This document shows positions 13,780 to 26,700 of a DNA stretch of 64,000 bases, in pieces. Position 1 is the first letter of the stretch, and every line of letters begins with the position of its first letter. The DNA comes from Phoronis australis. Its lineage: Eukaryota; Animalia; Phoronida. The notes under the pieces were generated by a model. It had not been told where the DNA came from. It was given only the letters and a program-made list of their open reading frames with translations, and did not search any database. A program made the translations under genes and the position numbers. Location of the stretch: positions 1,583,755-1,647,754 of the forward strand of contig NMRA01000001.1 in assembly GCA_002633005.1 (NCBI GenBank), in the 5' to 3' direction.

Positions 13780-14116
13780 CTGTAAGTGCAGTGGGTGTAT
13801 TTATTTAAATCTTCAGTGAATTTTTGACAGAACAATATCCGGTTTGATCGGAAAATGAGAAAAAATTCTTACAAATTGCTCAGCATGAAGAGAAGATGAT
13901 GGTGAAAAATGAAGGAAAGACTGCTTCAGTGCTATGAGACCTGTGGTGAAATAAATGACAGTGGTTTCCAATTCCAAAACCCTTTTCCCCCCATGAGATC
14001 ACTGATAAGACCTCCACACTTGGAGTTCGTGAATTTGACAGGACTTCTTTTAAAGTATCTAGTTCCCATCTACTTGTTGGCTTTTCCCTTTGCACTTAGT
14101 CAGCTGACCATCATTA
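13780..14116 (-). other. Candidate terminal exon of the small minus-strand transcript
   Basis: GGTTTCCTGTTTCAG| acceptor at 14117; early stops; AATAAA on the minus strand near 13800. Confidence 0.3.
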
Positions 14117-16185
14117 CTGAAACAGGAAACCATGCCGACATAGCGCTAAAAATAAAAAATGTAACGAAGTTGCTATGCCAATTTCCTTTATTACCAAAAC
14201 CAAATAACCACAAATAACAATCATAGTTGAAAAAAATAAGCGTGTTTAAAACCAACATTCTAAATTTCTTACAGAACAGTGGTTCAGTTTTAACTCACTG
14301 AGAGGAGTCGTCCTAGGCAGGATCAGTTTATATTTTACTGCAATTATAAATAAATGAGATATTATTAAATTTGAAATCTATTGTTCTAGATGACACCTTG
14401 GGCAGAACAGACAGACGGAAATGTCCAGAATTCTTCATTCTATACAATTGCGTGTATACCACAAAACTTCAAACATAGCGGCAAATTGGCAATGATTTTC
14501 AAACATGGCACTGCTTAAACATTAATTTTGAGAGACTGAAAATTTTGATGAACATTTTCAGCTTTGCTATTTCCCAAATAAATTCACAATGCAAGGGTCC
14601 ATTTGACTAATCATAATCAATCTTTACATACGTAATTATTTAAAGGGATTGCCAATTTCAAAAGTAAGTAAAATGAACCACGGTAAATATTACAACAACA
14701 TGTGCTCTGTTAATATTATGGAAAAGTTCTGTAACTAATGCCCTGATCTGGGAGGTGTCTAACGACCAATAAACATATCAGAATTAATGGAGTCAACACA
14801 TAAGTACGTAAATGTTGGCGCTTTTGATTTAAAAATGCCAACAATTACAAACAAGCACTAAAACATGTTGGTGCAAGATCATAACACTGAGCGCACATGT
14901 TCAATTCCAGTTTTACCCATTACATCAGTTGTCATTAGAAAACCGAAAATCGGGCCGTTCAGTGGCATCTTGTACCCGGACAACACTTCTCTACATCAAG
15001 CGGGGAAAACCAGTGTCGCGGTCCACCCTCGATATCATGAAAGTTGATCTAAACTCCTAATATATTGTACAGGGCAAATACTGCATCGGCAATGAAATAG
15101 TGGCTGAAATAAACTGAAATGTCAAAGACAGTAAATGGTAATTTTTTTCAGGCGTTTGGCTTCTGAAATTGAACTCCACGTGAAAAGTTAGTGTACAATC
15201 CTTCCATCATGGAAGAAACATAAAAATTGGTCAAAACGCTGTGATGGGGTTTTTTGTTGACAACAGTTTTGATTGATGCGTGTTTACATGTATTGGCATT
15301 TGTGTCATTATATCAGACAAAAAGACTGAGCCTGGAGATTAACAAAAAAAAGATTGATAACAGGCCTTTCAAAACCGGCATCAGCATGTATAGAATACGG
15401 ATTAAACAGGAGTTGGCTGCAATGTGCAATCTTTATAGCTGCAACCAATAGCGGTGGTGAGGCAAGGCATTGCCAGTGAGCAAATCAGAAGGATTCACAC
15501 ACTAGGGGTACTCCCAAAGAACAGGTACATGGGATAAGCATTCAGAAGGATGACCTTTTCACAGCCAGTTTTCCTATCAAATAATGCCTTTTCCGACAAA
15601 TTTTCTACTTGTAAAAGGATCCACTTAACAGAAGTTCGAACATCAACAAAAGTTTCTTTTCCAACTACACACACTAAAGGTTTATCAGTCTAATATATCT
15701 TTGAAACTTTTGTTGCAAAAGATATGCTCATTTTTGACAACATGCTATCTCTTCTAGTCTCAGCTGGTTAATAATGGATTCATCTGACCAAGGATCTCTA
15801 GAATGACAGGGGTTGGTTTATGGAATTGAATTCTATAAAAGGGTAGTGTTTCTAGAACAAATTCTGTAAAAGGGTAGTGTTTCTAGAACAAACCCCAACG
15901 GAAGGTTGGCTTCATCATGGAAGCTCTGGAGAATTGAGTAGCTTCTTCAACTCCACTCCCTAAATAGGTGGGTATCCTAATAGACCTATCACAAGCTCCG
16001 CCAACCTTGCGAAAAATCGACAGACAAACAATAAGTTTCACCTGACAACGTGTTGTTTGTCAGGAAAAGGGCAGCTTGAAAACAAAGGCGTGTCAAGAAT
16101 GCTGCATTCTGATTGGTCAATTAAGCTGTCACTCAAAATCAATTGTCCAGATTCACCCCATCAAAAATATCGGACAAGTACCTAC

Positions 16186-16217
16186 CTCCCCAAGATACAC
16201 ATCAGGACACCAAACCT
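16186..16217 (-). other. Candidate 32-nt internal exon of the small minus-strand transcript
   Basis: GATTTTCAG| acceptor and GAG|GTAGGT donor. Confidence 0.4.
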
Positions 16218-17464
16218 CTGAAAATCGATTAATAATTTCTAGGAAGCAAACATGTTTTCAACGGCACCTAAAAGTAGCAAAAATGACAACAAACTGATAC
16301 AAAAACCATTAAGTGAATGATACTGCACCTAATGTAGATCAGCAAACTGCACCAGACTGTAACCTGCGCTCTGGTGGGATCAGATGGAGATAATTGGCCT
16401 CTGTTGAGGCTATCCTGTAAGTTTACAGAGAAATCCTTACACAAACAAGCCCAGATGAGTCTAGAGAAATAAACCAAGGTTGTCTGTCTTAACAGTTTTC
16501 CTCCTTAATGAGTTAATTTTCACTCATGTGTTTAGATTAGGACTGAAAACAGTTAACATGGAATGAAGGTGCTTAACCAGAGAAACTGGATTTCCCTAAT
16601 TTATAGAGCAATTGAATTTCCCTAATTAATAGAATGATTTGAGTCAGTTGTCTATAAGTAGCTTAAGCTCTTCTCACTGCCTAATTCAATAGACAAGTGC
16701 TGTTCATTTGTGTAGGTGATTAAGTCACTTGATTTTAAGAGAGAAGTGAATTCCACAGATTACAAGGGAAGGTTACATAGTAAGAGTCTTTCATAAGAAA
16801 AGTAAAAGCTCCTGAACAGGTCAATGAAGTGACATGTATTTGTTACTACACCCTTTGAAATTTTTGTTTGCCACATTAAACGGTAGTATTTCATAAGATA
16901 TGGTACTATTTTACTACGTTACAAACGGTACAACGGAGTCCACTTCACTAAAATATCATGCCGAATATTTAGAATATCCCGATTATTATCATGAAATGTC
17001 ATTAAATCCGTATAAAATAACCGAACAGTATCATGATTTATTGTCACATTATCGAACATTGTCATTAACAAATCATCAAAATTGATACTCATTCCCTTAT
17101 TAGCATGCATATCTTCGCTTTTCCACCTAAGCAAGTTGATTAATCTTCAATTCATTAGATTGATCAGAACTCGGCGCCAGTGGCAAAAGTCAGTCGTTTC
17201 CTGTTCTAGCTGTCTTACTCTCTGACTCTCACGGTCTACCTAAGTAAGATCAAGAATGGTTACGATCGCTGCTAAGTTGGAACGCGCTTAATGAAATATC
17301 ATGCTAATTATCATAATTTATGTCGAAACCAAGGCTGTGCCATTAAGCCGGTTCTGCTGTATTATGAAAAGCGGAAGTCTTTTTTCAATTCATTTTTGGT
17401 GGCCAATTTAAAAATAGGTTACATTGAAATTCAGGAAATTTCATCTACATCGAAACTTACTCAC

Positions 17465-17510
17465 AAGCGGCGCCATCATCATTTTCCGAGTACACTGTGG
17501 GAGGGTCGTG
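17465..17510 (-). other. Putative first exon of a second minus-strand transcript (ATG ATG ATG GCG CCG CTT|GTGAGTAAGT)
   Basis: GATGGCG start-type motif followed directly by tandem strong donors; lies in a CpG-richer patch (about 17.1-18.4 kb). Confidence 0.5.
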
Positions 17511-20078
17511 ACAGCTCATTTTCTTGTCACTTGCTAGCCTTGTTAAGGCCTCCAGAGCACCCAGTCTACTTCAGGCAAGCCAAGAATACAGTTAAAGTTC
17601 CCACCCGACTGTACTGGCTTCCTCATTTGGAAAGTCACGCCTGTTGAGTAGCCTGATAGGTGACCGTGTTGTTACTTTCACATTTTAAAAAGGCTGCACA
17701 GAATACATAACATGCCGTTTTTTATTTTCTTATTATTCTGTACATAAAAATATGACGTATGTTGAAATATGGGTAGTGATTTGGTGGAGGCACGATCAGA
17801 GTGAAAATTCATCACTCTGATCACGCCAAGAATGTTGAACATGAAAATTTACCTAGTAGCACTGATTTATAAATTTCATTCTATGATTTGGCCAAAATCT
17901 GATTTAATAAACGAGTATTGTCCCTTCCCAATGACCGAGGTCGCCGAACGAGTGATCTAGATTTCATTTGTGACTTGCGTCGATAAAAAAAAATTATTGG
18001 ATCATTCTTGCTTCATACTAGGTTGTTTTACTCAGTTTTGGTAATTACTGTAAAGTATGATCACAATATATATGTTAGCTTGCTATCAATTTTCGGTGAA
18101 TGTAGTATTTTCGGTTTAAGTCAGCTGTTGACCCAGATAAGTGGGAATTCCGAGACAGTGAACCAGTGCAGAGACAGTAGTCTGTCGTCACACGTGACTT
18201 TATTTGTCATTAGCTATTTGTCAGTAGACCAGTTAAATCCCGTCTTGCGCAAGCGTTTATTGTACAGTGTATTTCTACACTACATGCGTCCCTACTGTAC
18301 ATTTCCTATGAACTCACAATATACACAGAGAGTGAGCACTAGGTGTTGTCGTCAGCGGACAACAAAATGGAATTAAAAGTATTAAAGACCATATGGATGA
18401 GAGGATCAACTTGTGCCCATGCTGCCCAGCCTTTGTTGCTAAGTTTCTCAACCTCATTTTTATGGCCAATCATGGGCTACAACAGATCCATGCCATATAG
18501 TCTCTCGGTGAAAGTCTAGTCACTTGCGTACATCAGAATTGATAATTGGCCATTGATGCGACTAAGACAAATTATCAAGTTACACATCCATAAGTTATCT
18601 GTGAAGTCACAAATTTTTTTCGAAATGTCAGTCATCCCACAATGCATTTGAAAAAAGACAGCAGCACTGTAGATGAAATGCCCCTAGACTGGAAAGACAA
18701 ATTCATTTAGGGACCAAGTGAGTGACAGGTGAAAGTATAATGTTGCCTACTGGCTGTCACTCCTAAAAACTGATGTCAGAAACAGTAGAAGCAATGACTG
18801 TGATGGGCTGGAATTACAAGTTCTGGTTACACCAGATCTAATTCAAAAGTGACATGTGAAATTTCAACAGTCACTGGAAAATTTCATCAATTTATGAAAC
18901 AACAAGGTGAACAATGAAATCTTGTTTCTTTTATTTTTTGCACAAAAATTCAACCACAAATTCATTATTTATCATTTTAAGTTTTAAATACGATAGGTGT
19001 AATATTTTAAGAAATCGTGGGCATTCACAACAAATTGCTTGAAAAAATAATCCCGGATCAATTTTGGCAATTATTTTTGTCCGAACTTAGAAAGATTTTA
19101 CTGCATGTTTCCGTCAGCTGGTTCAGTGTTAACTGCAGACAATATGGCAATTCTTCACTAATATAAAAAAATGTTTCGTGAAATGATGATCTTTCTGTTT
19201 TTCAAGGCTGACTATTTTAGGAATACTTTAAATACAGTAATCAGTTCTTTCACACCAACTAGACAATACAAATCATGATAAGAATGAAGTGAAACTTTAC
19301 TTATGTGGCGTGGCGAAAGAAAAATTTTAGTTGTGCACTATAATACTTACTCTTAACAGTGTCGTATTGCAATTTTAACTGGGATGTCAGAGCTGCATGT
19401 CTCGCCAATACAAGGGAATTCACTGCAAAAAACGCTTTGAAAAATATTTTTTATTTGAAATTCATGAGTTTTTTAAACAAATGTCATTCGGTCACAACTA
19501 GTTAAAAAGAACTGAGGGAGACGAAGCAACTGTCAAACCACGCTTGCCTTTTCTGAACAATGTGTTGACATCAAGCAGCAATTATTAGAAACAGTGAACA
19601 AAGCATGAACATTTAACCCCCCACTGATAATATTAGATTTCTTTCCAGTATCATGTGAGCGTTATTTAGGCTAAATATAGGATACACAGTAAAACTTGCA
19701 TAAGACATATCCAATCCCGCCAAGAGATTTTATTGCAGATATAGTCTAAATCTGACTTTTCTGAAGGGCCACTGGTGCACAAACTGGAAAAACTGTACTG
19801 CTAAACTCCAAAGCGTGAGCAAAAAAACGACTTAAGACGATTGTCCAAGTTATGCAGGTTTTACAATACATGAAATCTAATTTACACAGCATCATGTCTA
19901 AGTTGAATAAAAGACAACCTTCATTCAAAACTGGATCTCTTCCCACTTGTTACATTGACTACAGGTAATTAAGAAAGGTTAATTAGGTTGACAAACAGCG
20001 TATACAACATGCTTTAGTTAAAGACACCAAACAATGAATACTTTATTACTCTGAACATCATTTTTAGTTGGCGTAGGT

Positions 20079-20302
20079 GAGTGGCAGATCTACGTTTTCA
20101 GTAAGGGCAGTTTATGATTCGAGCAAATCCGAGGCGCATAGCGCCGAGCAGACAGAAGGTCGGGAGGGACTTTCCCCCTACCGTGTAAGATTTTTTGTGG
20201 TTTTTAGTAGCTGATTTCATTTTTCTGGCGAAATTTTTTTCAATTTATATTTTTGATTCTGTCCCGAGGGGGAGTTTGAACCCCCCTGTAGATCCCCCTC
20301 TG
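20079..20302. mobile_element. hAT-like MITE, same terminal family
   Basis: AGTGGCAGATCTAC ... GTAGATCCCCCTCTG; internal GCGCATAGC..AGGTCGGGAGGG shared (inverted) with 59980-60040. Confidence 0.55.
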
Positions 20303-22066
20303 GTAGACTACTTAATCTATCATGGGCCTTGATTTGTCTCCCTAACTGCAGCAAGGAATGATTAGATTTCCCTCATGCTGGAAATCCAACATTAATACCT
20401 AGAAATAAACTCAAGTAAGTTGGCCTATAATGATGTAACCACATTTTTACATCAAACACAATGTTGCAATTCACTATGATGGCTTGAGGATTAGTTCCAC
20501 ATCCAAACACTAGGTGGAGAAGCATGATCCCTAATGCCTTGTGGCTATCAAAACCCAACGAGTTTTTACTACTAAATAAAAAGTGTTGCTTTGTATAAAA
20601 CTGATTTACAACCAATAAAACTCTTAGCCAATAGTGTTCTTATTTGTAAAATATTTTCATGGATTTGCTGCATCAGTAACTCAGAGTACCGAGCACAAAA
20701 ACCATACGCAGTAATTCCAAAATTTATCCAAAGTGAATACAGAATTTGGTCAAAATCTTTAAAAAAATCCTCGATCGGGTTGAATTTTGTTACTAAAAAC
20801 CTAGAGAGAGTGTGGATGATATTTCAAATCTTTACGTCAAACAAATTCAACCAAATGAAGGCTGAGTAAATGGCGAGTATTTTAGACCACCACTGGAAAC
20901 AAAAGTCAACTACAAAAATATTCCTCAGTTGTGCGTTGGATTTGCCACAAAGAAGAATTATTTTCTTTTGATTTTTTGAAGCTGTCTGCCCTTGTTACAA
21001 TTAAAAAAATTATCAAGTTTTGTTTTCGACAAATGGCAAGCCATGTCACAAATGATGAATTTATGTTAATGTGTAATTTTATTCAGAATGTTGAAAACAA
21101 AAAAATTCCATTGTTGACCAACATTCTCGGGGGGTAGAGTTTCGCCAAGATAGCTTAGTGATCACGTACTTTGCTTGCAATACATAGAAATGTCTCGCAG
21201 TCTTGCGAGTTCTTGCTTTTTTCAAAAAAACTAGTTACACAGCACGCATGCCTGGATTGTACAAGTGAAAAATTGGTTGTTGGTACAATAACGCAATTAC
21301 CCAACATGCACTGCAAGGTCAGAGGAGATTAATTTCGAATGTGCACTGCATAATTTCCATATCCTTGTGCTTTGTTTGGCAAACCATGAGCAAGTCCCAT
21401 GGCTACCAACAACAAATACCAGAATTCAGGGTGCACAGCAGTAAACATCCTTGTTGAAAAAAAGCAAGTTATTTCCCAACAAAATTCAGTCAACTACCAA
21501 CTGTCAGGAATAGATGATGGTGATGATGTCCAGATGTTCACAAGTGGTTTCATACCACATGACTCTGTAAGGTGCAGATCTCAGCCCAGAATTAGATAAT
21601 GCTGACAACCAACAATTTCAGGAGGAGGAATAACAAAAGTGATTGAGAAATTAACCCAGTCAATTAAGGGTTAATTTTGGTGAACAGCCATCAGAGATGT
21701 AATTACAAGGTCAGCAACAACAACTAGGGCTATTAGGACAATACTTTTCACAGGTTCAGAGCGAGGGTCGCATAAACAGAAAGGCACATTAAATTTGTTA
21801 GCAGTGTTCAGCAATTCAGAGTTGAAAGATATTTCACTATGTTCACATAAATAGCCAAAACGTCAGCAGTTTTTTCAATGGCAAAAATGCTCCGTGCAAT
21901 CGATTGATTAATGCAACGATAAACACAGGCTTCCTTCTGCACAAGTGTGTCCTTTGATTTGGTAACAGAATACTCCATCCTGGTGTTACGAAAGATAGCC
22001 AATAGGTGGTGCTGTAACAGAGTGTGCAGCTACAAAAAGTCAAATGAAAACACCAGCAGCAGTTTA

Positions 22067-23024
22067 CACGGGTGAGAAACAACATGACCGCCGGTCCTCT
22101 AAACAGGACCTCCGGGGATCAAATGGGACCGCCGCACCAGAAAATGGGACTGACGCACCCAAAAACATGACCGCCCCACCACAAAACAGGACCGCCGGGG
22201 ACTAAAACCGCAATAACTAACAGGCTAAGATTTATTACCGTTAGGCCTACACAGATCATACAATGGGGCTATATACGTATGCATATGCAGGTCTTGTGCC
22301 GATTAATCCACCGAAATCTTTTGTGAGCAACAAAGGACACTTCGCTTTGTAATACGCGGCGCTTTTGAGTTTTACTCATCACCAGGCTCCCGGCTGCGGT
22401 ATGTNNNNNNNNNNNNNNNNNNNNNNNNNNNNNNNNNNNNNNNNNNNNNNNNNNNNNNNNNNNNNNNNNNNNNNNNNNNNNNNNNNNNNNNNNNNNNNNN
22501 NNNNNNNTCATCATCTTTCGAAAGATGTCTCAAAATTTTTCTGAGGAAATGGCGCGTGCACATGTCACTTATTATTACAACAGTTCATTAGATTGTTTTT
22601 CACTCAAGCGGTTGCAAACTGCAAGGTGAGTGTTGGTTGACGCCTAGATTTTGCATGCGCCTGCATCGGTCGCGCGCTCTACTACATGTTGATGTAAGTT
22701 CCACGACGAGGTGACGAGCAGAACTACCCGGGCTGTGGGCAATGTCGGGGATGTAACGGAGCTCAATAACGCAAGGCTGTCAAGCTTTATTTTGGCGATA
22801 GTCTTTACACAGCTATCTGACCGGTTACGTCATAACCCGCAGTATCACACAAAGGCCTTAACTACTCAGTCCCCGGCGGTCCTGTTTTGTGGTGGGGCGG
22901 TCATGTTTTTAGGTGCGTCAGTCCTGTTTTGTGGTGGGACGGTCATGTTTTTAGGTGCGTCAGTCCTGTTTGGGTGAGTCGGTCCGATTTAGAGGACCGG
23001 CGGTCATGTTGTTTCTCACCCGTG
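22067..23024. mobile_element. Non-autonomous CAC..GTG DNA transposon with 5-bp TSD (Transib-superfamily-like)
   Basis: Perfect 37-bp TIR CACGGGTGAGAAACAACATGACCGCCGGTCCTCTAAA; GTTTA duplicated at 22062-22066 and 23025-23029; subterminal ~20-bp repeats; contains an N gap. Confidence 0.8.
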
Positions 23025-23560
23025 GTTTATGGGTGATTCAAACTGCCAGCAGAGCACCAGTTAAGTTAGTTTGCCACCACTTTATTGATTTTATTTGTGC
23101 ACCAGAAGAAAGTAAAAAATAAGAATAAGTTTTTTGGGAATTATAAAAAATGTTGCCATGTTAAAAGCAAATGATTTGGAAAAAGATTTTAACTAAATTT
23201 AATGGGTTTGAAATCCGATTTAATTTTTTGCAACAAAAATAGCAGAAATTATAAGTTCCAAGTGTTTCAGTGAACCCTGTAGTAAAGGATTTGTTATCAA
23301 GGCTATATTTAAAGATGCTCTAGGACAACTAGCTTCATGCAGCATCAGTGTAAATGCTTAATCACTTTTTATTTCATACTGTTTGGTCCTCGTGTATACT
23401 GCTTGGTTCTGCATCGGCATTAGTTTTCTAGTAAAGCACGAGCTTTTCACCCTGACGTGGTGAAACCCACATTTTTGGAGTTATCACATAATAGTCTTGC
23501 TGACCAGGTTATGAATGTAAATATTAAGCTTTTTCAAAATAAATAATGACCAAAAAGACC

Positions 23561-23712
23561 AGAGTTCCATTTCATGAAACTATTTTAGCCTTAACTTAGA
23601 CTGAAATAACAATGCTGTCATTCCATCACGTCACGTTGCGCTTGTTGAACAATGCTGTTGACATCGTGATAACAATCAAACTTGAGACTTAAACTTTCAT
23701 GAAACAGAACCA
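23561..23712. mobile_element. Small Harbinger-like MITE
   Basis: GTTCCATTTCATGAAA ... TTTCATGAAACAGAAC inverted termini. Confidence 0.45.
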
Positions 23713-26700
23713 AGCAACCATTTTTTAAAATACTGGCACAATGGGGTTCGTGGCTTCAAGTTCCTGTACATTCCAAAAATTCCATCCTCATTCAACACTT
23801 ATTCTAATTTTGTGTCTCCCCCCACAATGGTTGAAAGAAGTGACTTCAGATAGTCTGCCACTCAATCATTTCAGCCACCCTGCCCTGTCAACTATTTTGC
23901 ATTTGCCCCCACTGTTGAACTTGGACAATCTTTTCTTATGAAAAATGTGTCTGTGCACTTCCTTTACTTGAACTTGAAATTTTCTTACCTGCCTTGTAAA
24001 TCTGTCACAACATACACTTGATTACAGGCCTCGTAAGGTCAACGCAATAAGAATCGGATTGGTTGACTGAAGGCAGTAAGACCTCATTGGTCAATAAAAT
24101 AAAACTGTTGAATGAAATTATTCACGCACCAAAGGTGTAACATCATTAGGTGAGTCAGATCCGGCCCATGGTCCATAGGCAGGCCTTCACCAACCAGTTG
24201 TCCTGGGCGTCCAAAAAGACACTTCAACTCAAATTTAGATTTCCCTTATTATGTAGCTAGGACGTCCTCTTCAGTATTTGGGTGCCTTAGTAAAGTAAGT
24301 AAACGGACACTGGTGTCAATTTAAATTTGCTCTTAGCAGCTCTGGGACTGAATTGAGGGGCACTGGCCTATCCATAATAAAAATAGTTAAATGATGCTGT
24401 AAGATTTAATATCCTTCATTATAGACATGTCTCCATAGTAACATGCAACACTATTTCAGCAATTTGACTTGAAGACATAAAACAGTCTCACGTCATTGAT
24501 CATGGACACGCTACGATCACATATTGAGAAACTAATTTTGGAGGCCCTATTATCAAAATCTTGGATGAACCCATGGTCACTGGTTGACGAGAGCCCAATA
24601 ATCCTTTTAACAAGTTCTTCCAACATAGGGAACATACCAAAACGCATACGGCCAATATAATGGAGAAAATCTCCAGCATTGCTCAATACGCAGTATATAG
24701 CTAAATCTAATGCTTATTCACAAACAGCTTGAGCTTCCTCTTAGAGGAATGAATGCAAATTAATCTTCAGACGTTCTTACATCACAATAAGGAGCACTTC
24801 TAATCTGCCGACTCAGGAGCTCACAGGCTCAGAGTCCAATCTCTGCACTCGACATCATCGAGTTTATTGTAGATTGAACCTAGGTGTCATTAAGTACGAA
24901 CTTGGATTACGTACTTACAGTACACGCCAAAAGTAATCAGACAGATTATCATTTCCACAATGTGACCGGTCATTCTAGCTACTCTGATTGTTAATGCCGC
25001 TAGCACTCTGCCTTCATGACCAAGAATACTGGGTCGATTATTTTTGGCGTACACTGTGTTTGCATACTTCGTAGTGTACTTGATAACAAAATCCAAGACT
25101 CAAGTTCACAGATTAATAAAACAGAAATTACAAGTGAAATTAGTGATTGGATTTTTGGCCATACCTGGGGACTCTAATTGTTTATTGAAGAATCAATAGT
25201 TAAAGCTATCTTTTGTCTTAGGGCTTTGGCTTTCAGTCTGCTGCCCAGCAGGCTACGTAAAGTTCTGTCTTTTGGTTTCAAAGTGTACAGGATTTTCTAG
25301 CTTTCAGTCGTAGCAATATTTCATGAGAAACAGCTAAGCCATTAGAAGACTGATTTTTAGCCAAAAATCAAAAAGACAATGGATTCTTAGAGAAGCAATC
25401 CCCTGGTCTGACAAAGTCATAGTAGGGAGCTTATTTGTGCAGCGTGGAATGAAACACCATGAGCATCACATTAGATTGGTCAGAACAGAGTGTCACGAGA
25501 CTCTTGCAATCCAGACAAGGACACAAGGGAAGAACCAGATGATCTTGCACACAGGAAAAATTACGCACTGCCTACAACAGTCACAGGAAAATTGAGAGAA
25601 ATAGATGCTTTTTAAACTTTTCAATTAGTTTCACTTTGTGAAATGTCCACACGCTTTAAATTATGTATTCCTTCCTTGTAAAGATGCTAGTTCTCAATGG
25701 TATTATCATTCACAAAGACACCTTGACGCCACATAAAAACAGTATATTTGTAAAAATTTTCCTTCATTATGTGTAGGATAATGAAAAGAAAATCCATGCC
25801 ATGTCTAAGCAAAAAAACAACAGCCAAAGCACAACAATGAAATGAACTTCTTCCAAGAAAAATCCACACATTCATGTAGTCTTAGGAGATTTTCATTCTT
25901 AGCAACAATGAAGAAATAAATTTCTTTCAGGAACAAACGCGCCTTTCCAGCATTTTTATGACTTTCAACAAAGAGTGAAAATGCCCGTCTTAGCTTATTC
26001 AATTAAACAGAACAATTAAGCAAAAGAAAGCAATTTGCAGGTTGCCTCTATCAATCGAATTCATACAAAGCAAAAAGGTGGAAAAATGCGGAACAACAGA
26101 TAGGAAATGAATTCTGTGGCAATCACAACTATTCAAATCGGTAATGCACAATACGGGTATCTATGGCAACCAAACGATGAATACAAGCAATTATATGTAC
26201 TTTCTAGAAAAGATGCCACAGTTTATTACTGCAGTAGTTGTACTGATAATTGTTTTAGGAAAGTCTTAAAATAAAAGACATTAGCACCATCGATTCTGTA
26301 ATGCCATGAAATAATGGCGAAAGTACGTCTACGTAATTGTCCTACCAATATCCTGTTATCCTACCAATATCCTGTTATCCGTACTTCACATAAACATACA
26401 GCTGTGAAGCATGAACACTTCAGTGAACAATTCACGCTAAATAATTCTAAATGTTGGAAAAGTTTAACAACTTACGGTTCAGTCGTTCATCAAAAATGTT
26501 CTGTGTACAACTTGTGCCCCATAAATCAAAGCAAATACGCACAAAAACATTTGTCGATTCCACTTTTCAAAGGCCAACGACATCCTTGCCACAACGAATA
26601 TTTCATAAAGTTTGGCATCTGCACACCACAAACCTGGTGCAAAAAAATGAAGCAGAAAAATCTTAAAGGTAGATGAACTGCTTCACACAAATAGGAGAGG

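Noticed and set aside
24456-25096. Two short minus ORFs suggestive of a retroelement or viral relic
   Set aside because: No RT, integrase or other diagnostic motif identifiable by eye.
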